This document shows, one piece after another, positions 17,008-27,308 of a DNA stretch of 64,000 nt (position 1 is the stretch's first letter; each line of letters opens with the position of its first letter). A model generated the notes under the pieces. It was not told where the DNA came from, searched no databases, and saw nothing but the letters and a program-made list of their open reading frames with translations. The position numbers and the translations under genes are program-made. Source of the DNA: Alphaproteobacteria bacterium (GTDB lineage: Bacteria; Pseudomonadota; Alphaproteobacteria; Bin95). The stretch covers positions 2,112,001-2,176,000 of the forward strand of contig OZ224045.1 in assembly GCA_963665325.3 (NCBI GenBank), in the 5' to 3' direction.

Positions 17008-18054
17008 TCACCAGGCTGTGGCATAGCCCTTGAAGGCGGTGGGCAGGCGGCGGATGTCCTGGATCAGGTCGGGCGGGATGTCCGGGCGCATGTCCATCGA
17101 GAGGCTGGCATAGATGGCGTCCGCCGCCCCGCCGAAGCGCTCTTCCACCGCGTCTGCAAGCTCGTCATGCCGGCCGACGGCCGCGAACAGGCGCAGCGTG
17201 TCGTCATCGACCTCGGCGGCGATCTTGTCCCAGGCGCCTTCCTTGGTCATGCGGTTGAGCTTGCGGCCAAGATCGCCGAGATCGTGCAGGTCCAGCACCG
17301 GCCAGTAGCCGGGCGTCGAGCCGTAGAAGGCGACCCGGTAGCGTATCCACTCGACCGCCTTCTCGACTTCCTCGTCGTCCGCGCCGGTGGCTATGAAGCC
17401 GCCGCCGGTGACCTCGAAACCCTCGCGCTTGCGCCCCGTCCGCGCCATGCCCTCGGCAATGCGCGGCAGGCAGACTTCCTCCAGGTAGCGCCTCGTGCAG
17501 AAGCCATGGAGCCGCACCCCGTCTGCGACCTCGCCCGAAAGGCGCAGCGAATAGTCGCCGACCGCCGCGAGGGTGACCGGCACCATGGGCTGGCCCGTCG
17601 ATGCCGGCGTGAAGTTCGGCGTCATCAGGGTGAAGGTGTAGTGCTCGCCCTCGAAGCGCAGCCGCTCGCCGGTCTCCCAGCTCCGCCAGATCGCCCGCAG
17701 CGCCTGCACATATTCGCGCAGCCGCGGCACCGGCGCTGTCCAGGGCACCGAGAAGCGCTTCTCGTTATGCGGTCGGATCTGCGGCCCGATGCCGAGCGCG
17801 AAGCGCCCCTTCGAGGCGGTCTGCAGGTCCCAGCAGGCGTTCGCCACCACCATCGGGCTGCGCGGGAAGGCGATGGCCACGGCTGTGCCGAGCGCGAGGC
17901 GCTCCGTCGCGGTGGCGGCGACGCCGAGCGCCAGGAACGGGTCGTGGCGGTTCTCCATGGTGAGCGCGCCGTCGAAGCCGGCGGCCTCGGCCGCGGCCGC
18001 GGCGGCGGGCACTTCGTTCAGGTCGTTCTGCGGCAGGGTCGTCAGTATGCGCAT
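17008..18054 (-). CDS. LLM-class, probably F420-dependent, oxidoreductase
   Basis: ENRHDPFL, LGTAVAIAFPRSPM, GRFALGIG, VAFYGSTPGY. Confidence 0.88.
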   Translation of the reverse strand: MRILTTLPQNDLNEVPAAAAAAEAAGFDGALTMENRHDPFLALGVAATATERLALGTAVAIAFPRSPMVVANACWDLQTASKGRFALGIGPQIRPHNEKRFSVPWTAPVPRLREYVQALRAIWRSWETGERLRFEGEHYTFTLMTPNFTPASTGQPMVPVTLAAVGDYSLRLSGEVADGVRLHGFCTRRYLEEVCLPRIAEGMARTGRKREGFEVTGGGFIATGADDEEVEKAVEWIRYRVAFYGSTPGYWPVLDLHDLGDLGRKLNRMTKEGAWDKIAAEVDDDTLRLFAAVGRHDELADAVEERFGGAADAIYASLSMDMRPDIPPDLIQDIRRLPTAFKGYATAW

Positions 18055-18082
18055 CGTCGGTCGGGCCTTCCCGGTGGAGGTG

Positions 18083-18853
18083 TCAGGAGCCGGCGGTCAT
18101 GCCGTGGTCGATGACGAGCTCGGAACCCGTCATGTAGGAGGAGTTGTCGGAGAGCAGGAACACGATGCCGTCCGCGATATTCCCCGGGCCGCCGGGCTGT
18201 CCGCCCGGCACCCGGCCCGAGGCGCGCTGCACGGGGTCGGTGGAGGCGGTCGGGTCGTTGAAGGGCGAGGGGCCGCTCTCCGCCATCCGGTCCCAGATCG
18301 GCGTGTCGATAATGCCGGGATGGACCGAGTTCACGCGCACGTTCCAGCCGCGCCGGGCGCTCTCCAGCGCGGCCGACTTGGTGAACAGGCAGACCGCGCC
18401 CTTGGTCGCGCTGTAGCAGGAAAGGCCGACAGAGTTGCCGCGCAGCCCGGCGACCGAGGAGAGGTTGACGATCGAGCCGCCGCCCGAATCGCGGATGACC
18501 GGCAGGATGTGCTTCACGCCGAGGAACACGCCCTCGACATTGACCGCCTGCTGCTTGCGCCAGTCTTCGAGGCTGGTTTCCAGCAGCGGGCGCACGATGG
18601 CGATGCCGGCATTGTTGACCAGCCCGTGCAGCGGCCCGGCGGCCTCGGCCACTTCCTGCCAGCGCGCCTCGTCGGTCACGTCCTGGCGCATGAAGCGACC
18701 GCCGGTCCGCTCGGCGGTCTCGCGCCCGCCGGCCTCGTCGATGTCGGTCGCAAGCACCGAAGCGCCCGCCGCCGCCGCCGCCAGCGCCGTCGCCCGGCCG
18801 ATGCCGGAGCCGGCGCCCGTAATCAGAATCGTCCTGCCGTCGAGCACGCCCAT
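18083..18853 (-). CDS. SDR family oxidoreductase
   Basis: TGAGSGIG, VNNAGI, YSATK, NSVHPG. Confidence 0.92.
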   Translation of the reverse strand: MGVLDGRTILITGAGSGIGRATALAAAAAGASVLATDIDEAGGRETAERTGGRFMRQDVTDEARWQEVAEAAGPLHGLVNNAGIAIVRPLLETSLEDWRKQQAVNVEGVFLGVKHILPVIRDSGGGSIVNLSSVAGLRGNSVGLSCYSATKGAVCLFTKSAALESARRGWNVRVNSVHPGIIDTPIWDRMAESGPSPFNDPTASTDPVQRASGRVPGGQPGGPGNIADGIVFLLSDNSSYMTGSELVIDHGMTAGS

Positions 18854-19080
18854 GGCTCTCCCTCCCATTCTGTCGCCGGCATTATGGCAGCAATCGAATG
18901 GGTTGGGGGGAAGCCCGGCCAACGGCCGCATATCGTTGCGACCTGCATCCGGCGCGCCCGCGAATCCGTTTGCCCTCGGCGAAGGCGGGGATCGCCTTCC
19001 GCGCCCATGTCGTCAAGCCGCCATATATACTCCCTTCGTGACGGGTAATACCGGCGGTGCCGGGTTGGGACTCATGGGTC

Positions 19081-19228
19081 GGCGCCGCCGCGCCGAACGC
19101 GGCGAACATTTCGGATGGCGGCGTTGGCGCCGCCGCGCCGAACGCGGCGATTGTTACGAATGGCGGCGTTGGTGCCGCCGCGCCGAACGCGGCGAACATT
19201 TCGGATGGCGGCGTTAGCGCCGCCCCGC
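19081..19228. repeat. 45-bp tandem repeat, about 3.3 copies, with an internal hairpin
   Basis: GGCGCCGCCGCGCCGAACGCGGCGAACATTTCGGATGGCGGCGTT-type units at 19081, 19126 and 19171, partial at 19216; CGCCGCG-CCGAA-CGCGGCG stem-loop in each full unit. Confidence 0.9.
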
Positions 19229-19502
19229 TCGGCGTCCCGGCCCTCTCCTCATCCTGAGTAGCGCCCGCGCCAGCGGGTGCGTATCGAAGGACCGTCCCGC
19301 CGGCGGAAACGCCCTGACAGTTCTTCTTCGACTGCCTCGCCGGCCAAGAGGTCAATCATCGTGTCGAGCTTACCGAGTGCGATGCGAATACGTTGCCCGT
19401 CCCTCTCGGCGCGATCCACGATTGATCGTGCCCTCTCCAGAGTAGCCCGAGCCCCGCCGCGGGCCTCGCCGGACCGCGAGCGCCCGTCCGCCCGCGTCGC
19501 AT

Positions 19503-19586
19503 ATGCCAGAGTAGTTTCCCGATCATCGGGAGACTTTCGCCGAGAGCCAAGGTGCGGGAAGCAAAGCTGGGAGGAAGATCGTCCAG
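19503..19586 (-). pseudogene. Decayed tyrosine integrase C-terminal fragment
   Basis: LDDLPPSFASRTLALGESLPMIGKLLWH is a degenerate LHDLRHSFASRALALGESLPMIGKLLGH. Confidence 0.7.
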
Positions 19587-19788
19587 CTGGAAGCGATCGG
19601 CGCAGGGAAGCCCGCAATGCAGACCGGAAGTGTCGGAGGGCCTGCCGGATACGTTCGCATCATGCATTTTCTCTCAATCGGCATTTTCATTGTCGGGCTT
19701 TCGCTGTTAGTGCGGAAAGCAAGTGGCGGAGAGCGCCGGGCGATGGGGTGTCCTCCGGGCCGCCAAGGCGCCTGTTGAGGAGGTGCCC

Positions 19789-20481
19789 ATGCATATCGGA
19801 CTGATCGGCGGCATCGGACCTGCCGCGACGGCGCATTACTACCGCCATCTTGTGCAGCATCACGAGGCGGCGGGCCGGCGCATGGAACTTACCATCGTCC
19901 ATGCCGACGCGCACGGCTTGGCGGCCAATGCAGAGGCGGGCGATGCCCAGGCGCAGGCGGCAGTCTTTGTCGGGCTCACCGAACGTCTCAAGGCAGCCGG
20001 CGCCGGGGCGGTGGCGATCTCCTCCATCGGCGGGCATTACTGCTTCTGCGCCTTCGAGCCGATCTCGCCCTTGCCGGCGCTCAATGTCGTGCCGGCAATC
20101 GCCGCCGGCCTGAGCGAACGCGGCATCGGGAAGATCGGCCTGATCGGCACGGCAGTGGCGATGACCAGCGGTATTTACGGCGGCCTTGCCGGGGTCGAAA
20201 CGGCAATCCCGGAAGGCGACGATCTAAAGGCCGTCCACGACGCCTATATCGCGCTTGCCAGGGCCGGCGCCGTCACCGAAGCGGGGCGCAATATCCTTTT
20301 CCGCATAGGCCGCGATCTGGTCGAACGACAGGGCGCGGAAGCGGTGCTGCTCGCCGGCACCGACCTGTTCCTCGCCTTCGAGGATCGCGACCCGGGCTAT
20401 CCGGTCATCGACGGCGCGCTGCTACATGTTGGGGCGATCGCCCGTGCCTCAACGGACGGGCTGGCGGCCTATGCGGCGTAG
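19789..20481 (+). CDS. Asp/Glu racemase family protein
   Basis: IGLIGGIGPAAT, IGLIGT, VLLAGTDL. Confidence 0.85.
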   Translation: MHIGLIGGIGPAATAHYYRHLVQHHEAAGRRMELTIVHADAHGLAANAEAGDAQAQAAVFVGLTERLKAAGAGAVAISSIGGHYCFCAFEPISPLPALNVVPAIAAGLSERGIGKIGLIGTAVAMTSGIYGGLAGVETAIPEGDDLKAVHDAYIALARAGAVTEAGRNILFRIGRDLVERQGAEAVLLAGTDLFLAFEDRDPGYPVIDGALLHVGAIARASTDGLAAYAA

Positions 20482-20698
20482 AAGAACCCGCTATACAAAC
20501 GGCAACAGCACCGTCGGGCCGCCTCTAAGCCCGCGTCGGCCAGCACGCGTGCCAGGGCGACGAACGCGATTGCGGCCTGGGTGGTCATGTCGTCTCCCAC
20601 CACCTGTCCGTTTTCGTTCAGCGACATCTGGCCGCCGACAAACACGAGGCCGCCTGCCCGAACGGCCTGTGTCTTTCCGGGAGAGGTCCCTCCGCGAT

Positions 20699-20806
20699 GA
20701 GCGCTTGCTCGTCACGGCAAGACAGGTCTTGGCGCTCAACGACCAAGCCGTCGAAGCCCTGGCCCATCGAAACCTGTCCGGGGAGGTTGCGATCGGAGCA
20801 ATCTAG
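20699..20806 (+). pseudogene. LysR regulator remnant (linker helix)
   Basis: ERLLVTARQVLALNDQAVEALAHRNLSGEVAIG resembles the LysR ERLL.YARRILALNDEA...LSG.VRLG segment; no HTH and an immediate stop. Confidence 0.55.
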
Positions 20807-21190
20807 GATAAAGCCTTGAAGAAGCTGTTTGTTCGAATTCAATTGGAAATTATTCTCGAAACAGCTTGACCTTCAGGAAATTATGCTAAGATGGGTGCGA
20901 GGTAGGCGGCGTCCGCGCGGACCACTTCCCTTCGCGCCGGCCCGGCGCGGAACGACCCCGATTCAGCAGACAGGCGAAGTGCGTCCTCCGGCTCGCGCGC
21001 GCAATCAGGCGCGCGAACCGCGCCGGCGCCGACACCCGCCCGCGCCCGCCCGCGATACGCGCGAAACAGGGTCGCTCCCCGTCGGGGCGACCTGTCTGTC
21101 CGTCAACGCCGTCCTCCCGGCCCGGCGCGGTCCTGCACCGCAGCCGGGCTTCCGGTATCGAACGCCAGCGGAACGAAGGAGCCGCACCCC

Positions 21191-22171
21191 ATGCCCATCA
21201 TCGACCCGGCCGTCGCGCTGTCCACACGCCAGGAGGCCTTCTGCCGCCACTATGCCGTCTCCGGCAATGCCGCAGACGCCGCAAGGCAAGCCGGCTACTC
21301 GGCGCGCTCCGCACGCCAGACCGGCTGCGCCCTGCTGGAGCGACCCTACATTGTGGAGCGGCTGCGTCGCATCCGCCTGTCGTGGAAGCGCACCGAGCGG
21401 GACGAGGCCCGCATCCTGCTTGCCCGGCTGGAGCAGGCTTGGGACGCGGCCGTCGCCAGCGGCTCGGCCTACTCGATGCTCCGGGTATTGCGCTTCCAGG
21501 CCGAGGTCGCGGGGCTTACGGGGCCGACGGCCGCGCGCCGTGCGGGGCTCTGGCCGCTGCCGCACGAGGACGAGCTCGGCGAGATCGAAGCGGGCGAGGC
21601 GCAGGAGGCCGGAACCGAACCCGGCCCCTTGGCCGAGGCCGTGCGCAGCGGCCTCGACCGCGCCCGATGCGCGCTCGCGCGGCACCGTGCCTGCCGGGAG
21701 GAGATGGAGGTGCAGGAGGGCTTCGACGGGGCCGCGCACGAGGAGGTTGCCCGCAGGCTCGCCGGGGCCGTCGAGGAGCGGACGCGACTGCCCGTCTGCT
21801 TCGAGGCCCCCGAACCGGCTTCGCCCGAAGACCGGCCCCCCGCCGACGACCCGCCCGAGCAGACCTACGAGGACTGCCCGTGGGCAGGCGGCGAAGGGTC
21901 CGGCGACGAGGACAGGATCGACGGTGACCGGGCCGACGGCGCCGAACATGACTGGCTCTACCAGCGCCGCAACGGCTACGCCGGAATCTACGACCCCTGG
22001 GCCCCGGAGGAGGTCCGGCAGCGAACGCGGAACCGCCTCGAACGGGAAGAGCGGGGCGGCGGCGAAGACGGTGACTGGAGTGGACCGGCGACGAAAAAGA
22101 AAAAGAAGAAGAGGGGAAGGAAGACCGTGCCCGAGGGCGCCGGTTTCGCGCCGGACCATGACAGATCATGA
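21191..22171 (+). CDS. Terminase small subunit-like protein with a long acidic tail (orphan)
   Basis: LSTRQEAFCRHYAVSGNAADAARQAGYSARSARQTGCALLERPYI is a typical TerS HTH. Confidence 0.75.
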   Translation: MPIIDPAVALSTRQEAFCRHYAVSGNAADAARQAGYSARSARQTGCALLERPYIVERLRRIRLSWKRTERDEARILLARLEQAWDAAVASGSAYSMLRVLRFQAEVAGLTGPTAARRAGLWPLPHEDELGEIEAGEAQEAGTEPGPLAEAVRSGLDRARCALARHRACREEMEVQEGFDGAAHEEVARRLAGAVEERTRLPVCFEAPEPASPEDRPPADDPPEQTYEDCPWAGGEGSGDEDRIDGDRADGAEHDWLYQRRNGYAGIYDPWAPEEVRQRTRNRLEREERGGGEDGDWSGPATKKKKKKRGRKTVPEGAGFAPDHDRS

Positions 22172-22285
22172 CATTCCACGACACTTCCCAAGGGGGGCCG
22201 AAAGCGGCGTTCGGCTCATCGACAACGCGCCGAAGGAAATGTAGGCTCCGCCGTCCGAAATTCGTTCGTGGAGGCTCACCCGCCC

Positions 22286-22912
22286 ATGCCGTCCCGCATC
22301 GTTCTCGCCGGCCTGCCGTTCGTTCTTGCCGCCGCGCCCGCCTTCGCCCACCACCCGATTGGCGGTGCGGTGCCCGCGACTTTCATGCAGGGGCTGCTGT
22401 CGGGCATCGGGCATCCGGTGATCGGGCTGGATCATTTCGCCTTCCTGGTGGCGCTGGGGCTGGCGGCGGCCTTCATGCGCAATGTCTGGGCGCCGCCGCT
22501 GGCGGCCGTCGCCGGCATGGCGGCCGGCTGCCTGCTCGCGGTCGGTTCTGTAGCCCCGCCGATGGTGGAGCCCGTCGTGGCGCTGTCCGTGCTGCTGCTC
22601 GGCGGCATGGTGCTGTTGGGGCGCAGTTTGTCCGCGCCGGCGGCAGCGGCCCTGTTTGCCGCCGCCGGACTCTTTCACGGCGCGGCCTATGGCAAAGCTG
22701 TGATCGGCGCGGAGGCAACGCCGATCGCCGCTTATCTCATCGGTCTCGCGGCGGTGCAGATGGCAATTGCGCTCGGCGCCGCCGCGGCGGTCCGGGGCAT
22801 CTGGAAGTCGGGCTCGGCCGCGGCGATTCAGCCGCGCCTCGCCGGCGCCGTCTGCGCCGGCATCGGCCTGGTCTTCGCTGTCGAGTTACTGGAAGGCGCG
22901 CTGCTCGGCTGA
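22286..22912 (+). CDS. HupE/UreJ family Ni/Co transporter
   Basis: Signal peptide AFAHH, GHPVIGLDHF, GLFHGAAYG. Confidence 0.9.
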   Translation: MPSRIVLAGLPFVLAAAPAFAHHPIGGAVPATFMQGLLSGIGHPVIGLDHFAFLVALGLAAAFMRNVWAPPLAAVAGMAAGCLLAVGSVAPPMVEPVVALSVLLLGGMVLLGRSLSAPAAAALFAAAGLFHGAAYGKAVIGAEATPIAAYLIGLAAVQMAIALGAAAAVRGIWKSGSAAAIQPRLAGAVCAGIGLVFAVELLEGALLG

Positions 22913-22931
22913 GCGCGCCGGCCCGCTGCAT

Positions 22932-23387
22932 CTACCGGCGTTTGCGCTTCGGCATCGTCTCGGCAAGCGGTGCCACGCGGATATCGACGGTTACCGGAGC
23001 GGCCTTCTCGAAAACGAGCGTGAGCGCGAAGCTGTCGCCCGTCTTTAGACCTGTTTTCATGCCGAAGAGCATGAGGTGGTCGCCGCCGGGCTCAAGCGCC
23101 GCCTCGCCGCCCGCGGGTACGGCGAGGCTCTCCACCTTGCGCATCATCATCACGCCGTCCTTGTGGATGTGCGTGTGAATCTCGACGCGCTCAGCTGCCG
23201 GGCTCTCGGCGCCGACCAGCCGGTCGTCACCGCCGGAATTGCGGATAGTCAGCCAGGCTGCCCCCGGACGGGACGGCAAGAGGACACGCGCGCGGGCGTC
23301 TTCCACGGTCAACGCGCCGCCGGCCGAGGCCGGAGTGGCGGTCGAAAGGAACGCAGCGAATGCAGCCCCGAGAGCAAGGCGGAGCAT
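22932..23387 (-). CDS. Periplasmic copper chaperone PCu(A)C
   Basis: Signal peptide, VEIHTH...VMMMR, LEPGGDHLML. Confidence 0.9.
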   Translation of the reverse strand: MLRLALGAAFAAFLSTATPASAGGALTVEDARARVLLPSRPGAAWLTIRNSGGDDRLVGAESPAAERVEIHTHIHKDGVMMMRKVESLAVPAGGEAALEPGGDHLMLFGMKTGLKTGDSFALTLVFEKAAPVTVDIRVAPLAETMPKRKRR

Positions 23388-24570
23388 CAGGCGGCGGTCA
23401 ACACCCTGAGACCCCGGTCGAGGCCGTCTATGGAGAGCGGGAACATCCGATTTGCCATGACCTCCTTGACGATCATGGTCGAGGGTGTGTGCTCCCAGCG
23501 GGTATCGGGCCGCGGATTGAGCCAGATGGCGTTCGGCCACTGGTCAAGCATGCGCTGTGCCCAGAGCAGGCCGGGCTCCTCGTTCCAGTGCTCCACGGAG
23601 CCGCCCTTGTAGGTGATTTCGTAGGGGCTCATGAAGGCGTCGCCGACGAAGATCACCTTGTAGTCCTTGGGATAGGTGTTGATGACATCCCATGTCGGCG
23701 TCCGCTGTTCGTGGCGTCGACGGTTGTCCCGCCACATGTATTCATAAGTGAAGTTGTGGAAATAGTAGTATTCGAGATGCTTGAACTCGGTTCGTGCGGC
23801 CGAGAACAACTCTTCGCAAACACGAATATGGTCGTCCATCGAGCCGCCGACATCGAAGAACATCAGCACCTTGACGCGGTTGCGGCGTTCCGGGCGCATG
23901 ACGATATCCAGCAGCCCGCCATTGTGCGCCGTGCCGCGGATCGTCTCGTCGAGGTCGAGTTCGTCGTCCTCGCCGACCCGCGCAAACTCCCGCAGCCGCC
24001 GCAGTGCGAGTTGGATATTGCGAATGCCGATCTGCACGGCGTCGTCGTAATTCTTGTAGTCGCGCCGGTCCCATACCTTGAGCGCACGGCCCTGCCGGCG
24101 GCGGCGCTGGCCGATGGCGACGCCTTCCGGATTGTAGCCGCCGGTGCCGAACGGCGAGGTGCCGGCAGTGCCGATCCAGCGGTTGCCGCCCTGGTGGCGT
24201 TCTTTTTGCTCCTCCAGCCGCTTGCGAAGCTCCTCCATGAGCTTCTCCCAGCCGCCCATGGCTTCTATGGCCGCCTTGTCCTCCTCGCTGAACAGCTTTT
24301 CCGCCTGAAGCAACAGCCATTCCTCGGGGATATCGCCGCCGAACAACGTCGCCGTTATGTCCTCGACGCCCTTGAAGAACGTCCCGAAAACGCGGTCGTA
24401 GCGGTCGAAATACTTCTCATCCTTCACCAGCGCCGCACGGGACAGATAGTAGAAATCGTCGATGTTGTACATCACGAGACGCTTGTCCATCGCCTCGATC
24501 AGCATCAGGAATTCGCGGATCGTTGCCGGTATCTTCGCCTTCTTTACGTCGAAAAAGAAGTTGATGAGCA

Positions 24571-24571
<1 letters not shown>
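23387..24571 (-). CDS. VWA/CoxE-like protein
   Basis: GGNRWIGTAGTSPFG, MIDAS DVGGSM, FVGDAFMSPYEI. Confidence 0.9.
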
Positions 24572-25425
<854 letters not shown>

Positions 25426-25605
25426 GGGGCGCCTGTTTCCTTCGTCGCTTCGCTCGCGCGGGTCGAGCGGACCCTAAAGGCGGGCCGGACCGTAATCAAG
25501 GCGCGGCGCGGTGACGCGGCAGGCCGCGCTGCGGGTCTCCGCGGCGTTGAACCGAGTGTCACAGTTCGCTAGAAGCGGCCCGGAGAAAGAGAGGAGACTA
25601 GGGCC

Positions 25606-25797
25606 GTGTGGGACAACGGGGTCGGAAAATATCTTTACGGGATGACAATGATCCTCTGCGCGGCGGGCTTCCTGTTCGTGGCAAGCCGGATGCACGGCGC
25701 GATGGAGTGGATCGCCTGGGCCGGTTTCCTCGGATGCACGGTCTTCGTCTTCTGGCTGATCGCGCACTACACCCGCGAGCCGGGCGGCGGGCACTGA
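25606..25797 (+). CDS. Small two-TM membrane protein
   Basis: 63 aa with two hydrophobic segments; GAGGAG RBS before the GTG start. Confidence 0.6.
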   Translation: MWDNGVGKYLYGMTMILCAAGFLFVASRMHGAMEWIAWAGFLGCTVFVFWLIAHYTREPGGGH

Positions 25798-25831
25798 GGC
25801 GCTAGCGGCGCCGCGTCCGGCGGCCGCACGT

Positions 25832-26245
25832 TCAGGGCGACTTGCGGACACCGCCGCGCGGGTCGCCCAGGCTGTCGATGATCGGGCAGTCCGGCCGGTC
25901 GTCGCCCCGGCACGCATCGACGAGGTGGGCGAGTTCATCGTGCAGCGACTGGAGTTCGCGCTGTTTCTTCGCGATTTGCTCCAGGCGCGCCGTTGCAATG
26001 CGCTTCACGTCTGCGCTTGAACGCCGGCGATCTTCATAGAGGCCCAGCAACTCCCGGCATTCCGAGATCGAGAATCCGAACTCCCGCGCCCGGCGCACGA
26101 ATACCAGCTTGCGCACCGAAGCGTCGTCATAGCTCCGGTAGCCGGATTCCGACCGTGCAGGGGCCGGCACCAGCCCGATGTCGGCGTAGTAGCGCACCGT
26201 CTTCGCGGGCAGTCCTGCAGCCTTCGAGGCAGTGGAGATATTCAT
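25832..26245 (-). CDS. cueR: Cu(I)-responsive MerR family regulator
   Basis: MNISTASKAAGLPAKTVRYYADIGL, C-terminal CRGDDRPDCPII. Confidence 0.92.
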   Translation of the reverse strand: MNISTASKAAGLPAKTVRYYADIGLVPAPARSESGYRSYDDASVRKLVFVRRAREFGFSISECRELLGLYEDRRRSSADVKRIATARLEQIAKKQRELQSLHDELAHLVDACRGDDRPDCPIIDSLGDPRGGVRKSP

Positions 26246-26257
26246 GGGCTCAGGCGC

Positions 26258-26288
26258 TTGACCTTCCAGCTGCTGGAAAGACTAGATT
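26258..26288 (+). promoter_or_regulatory. MerR-type promoter with CueR box
   Basis: TTGACC, 19-bp spacer containing the palindrome TTCCAGC-T-GCTGGAA, then TAGATT. Confidence 0.85.
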
Positions 26289-26318
26289 TCCAGTAGAACC
26301 CGTGCAAGAGCCATCGCC

Positions 26319-26765
26319 ATGGTCGCCATTACCGCAAGAGTCGCTATCGACTGGCACTGCCGCCACACTTGGCGCAGGGCTTCGAAGAACACGGCCTGGT
26401 GCCTGCTCGGCTGCGCCATTGGCGATTTCGCCACCATCGCCTTCTTTCAGTTCACCGGCATACCCTGGCCGACGATGGCGATCATGGTCCTCGCCATCGT
26501 GAACGGGTTGCTGACGTCCATCGCTCTGGAGACATTCATACTCTCCCGCCAGATGGACCTCGGGACTGCGTTCCGGACAGCCATCGGGATGTCCTTCATC
26601 TCGATGATCTCGATGGAAGCCATGATGAATGCGGTGGACTGGGCGCTGACCGGCGGCGCCATGCTGACATGGTGGGTCGTGCCGCTCATGCTGGCCGCCG
26701 GCTTCGTCACGCCGCTTCCCTACAATTACTGGCGGTTGAAGGCGCTTGGGAAGGCATGCCACTGA
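26319..26765 (+). CDS. DUF4396-like Met/Cys-rich membrane protein
   Basis: NTAWCLLGCAIGD, GMSFISMISME, PYNYWRL. Confidence 0.8.
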   Translation: MVAITARVAIDWHCRHTWRRASKNTAWCLLGCAIGDFATIAFFQFTGIPWPTMAIMVLAIVNGLLTSIALETFILSRQMDLGTAFRTAIGMSFISMISMEAMMNAVDWALTGGAMLTWWVVPLMLAAGFVTPLPYNYWRLKALGKACH

Positions 26766-27184
26766 GGCGGGTCGGGTTCCTGCTCGCCGCAATCGCCGCT
26801 GCAGGCCTCGGCGGATATCTCTATCTCGGGGGGTACAGCGACGACACGGGCGCCGACGGCGGGGCGCCCATCGTCGCCGTCAAGCTGCCCGAAGCCCTCT
26901 CCGCTCGGGCGCAACTGGGGCGGGACGCCTACGACGCCAACTGCGCAGAGTGCCATGGCCGCAATGCAACCGGACTGGCCGGGACCGCTCCGCCGCTGGT
27001 GCACGTCATTTACGAGCCCGGCCATCATGGCGACGAGTCGTTCCAGAGGGCGGTCGCCAGGGGAGTCAGGGCCCACCACTGGCGCTTCGGGAACATGCCG
27101 CCGGTGGACGGACTGACCCGCAGGGAGGTCGCCGACATCGTGGCCTATGTCCGGGAGCTTCAGCGGGTGAACGGCATCCGCTAA
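26756..27184 (+). CDS. Monoheme cytochrome c
   Basis: N-terminal anchor, CAECHG, YEPGHHGD, HHWRFGNMP. Confidence 0.88.
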   Translation: MPLRRVGFLLAAIAAAGLGGYLYLGGYSDDTGADGGAPIVAVKLPEALSARAQLGRDAYDANCAECHGRNATGLAGTAPPLVHVIYEPGHHGDESFQRAVARGVRAHHWRFGNMPPVDGLTRREVADIVAYVRELQRVNGIR

Positions 27185-27308
27185 GGCGACGGCGAGGAAG
27201 CGTTTTGCAGTGTCGGCCCCGTCGCGCTATCCATGGAAACGGCAATGCGCCGGGACATTCGAACGGGCCCGACCGGGGCCGAATCCGCACTGAGCGAGGC
27301 AATCTTCC

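Noticed and set aside
19081-19228. CRISPR interpretation of the 45-bp repeat
   Set aside because: Units are contiguous, and the short variable part is the same in units 1 and 3
20820-20895. LexA box or defined sigma70 promoter before the terS-like gene
   Set aside because: AT-rich, but no GTTC-N7-GTTC motif, and the TTGACC/TAAGAT spacing is only 15 bp
22172-22285. Cobalamin riboswitch upstream of hupE/ureJ
   Set aside because: No B12-box or conserved GGGAA / GCCACTG core is visible
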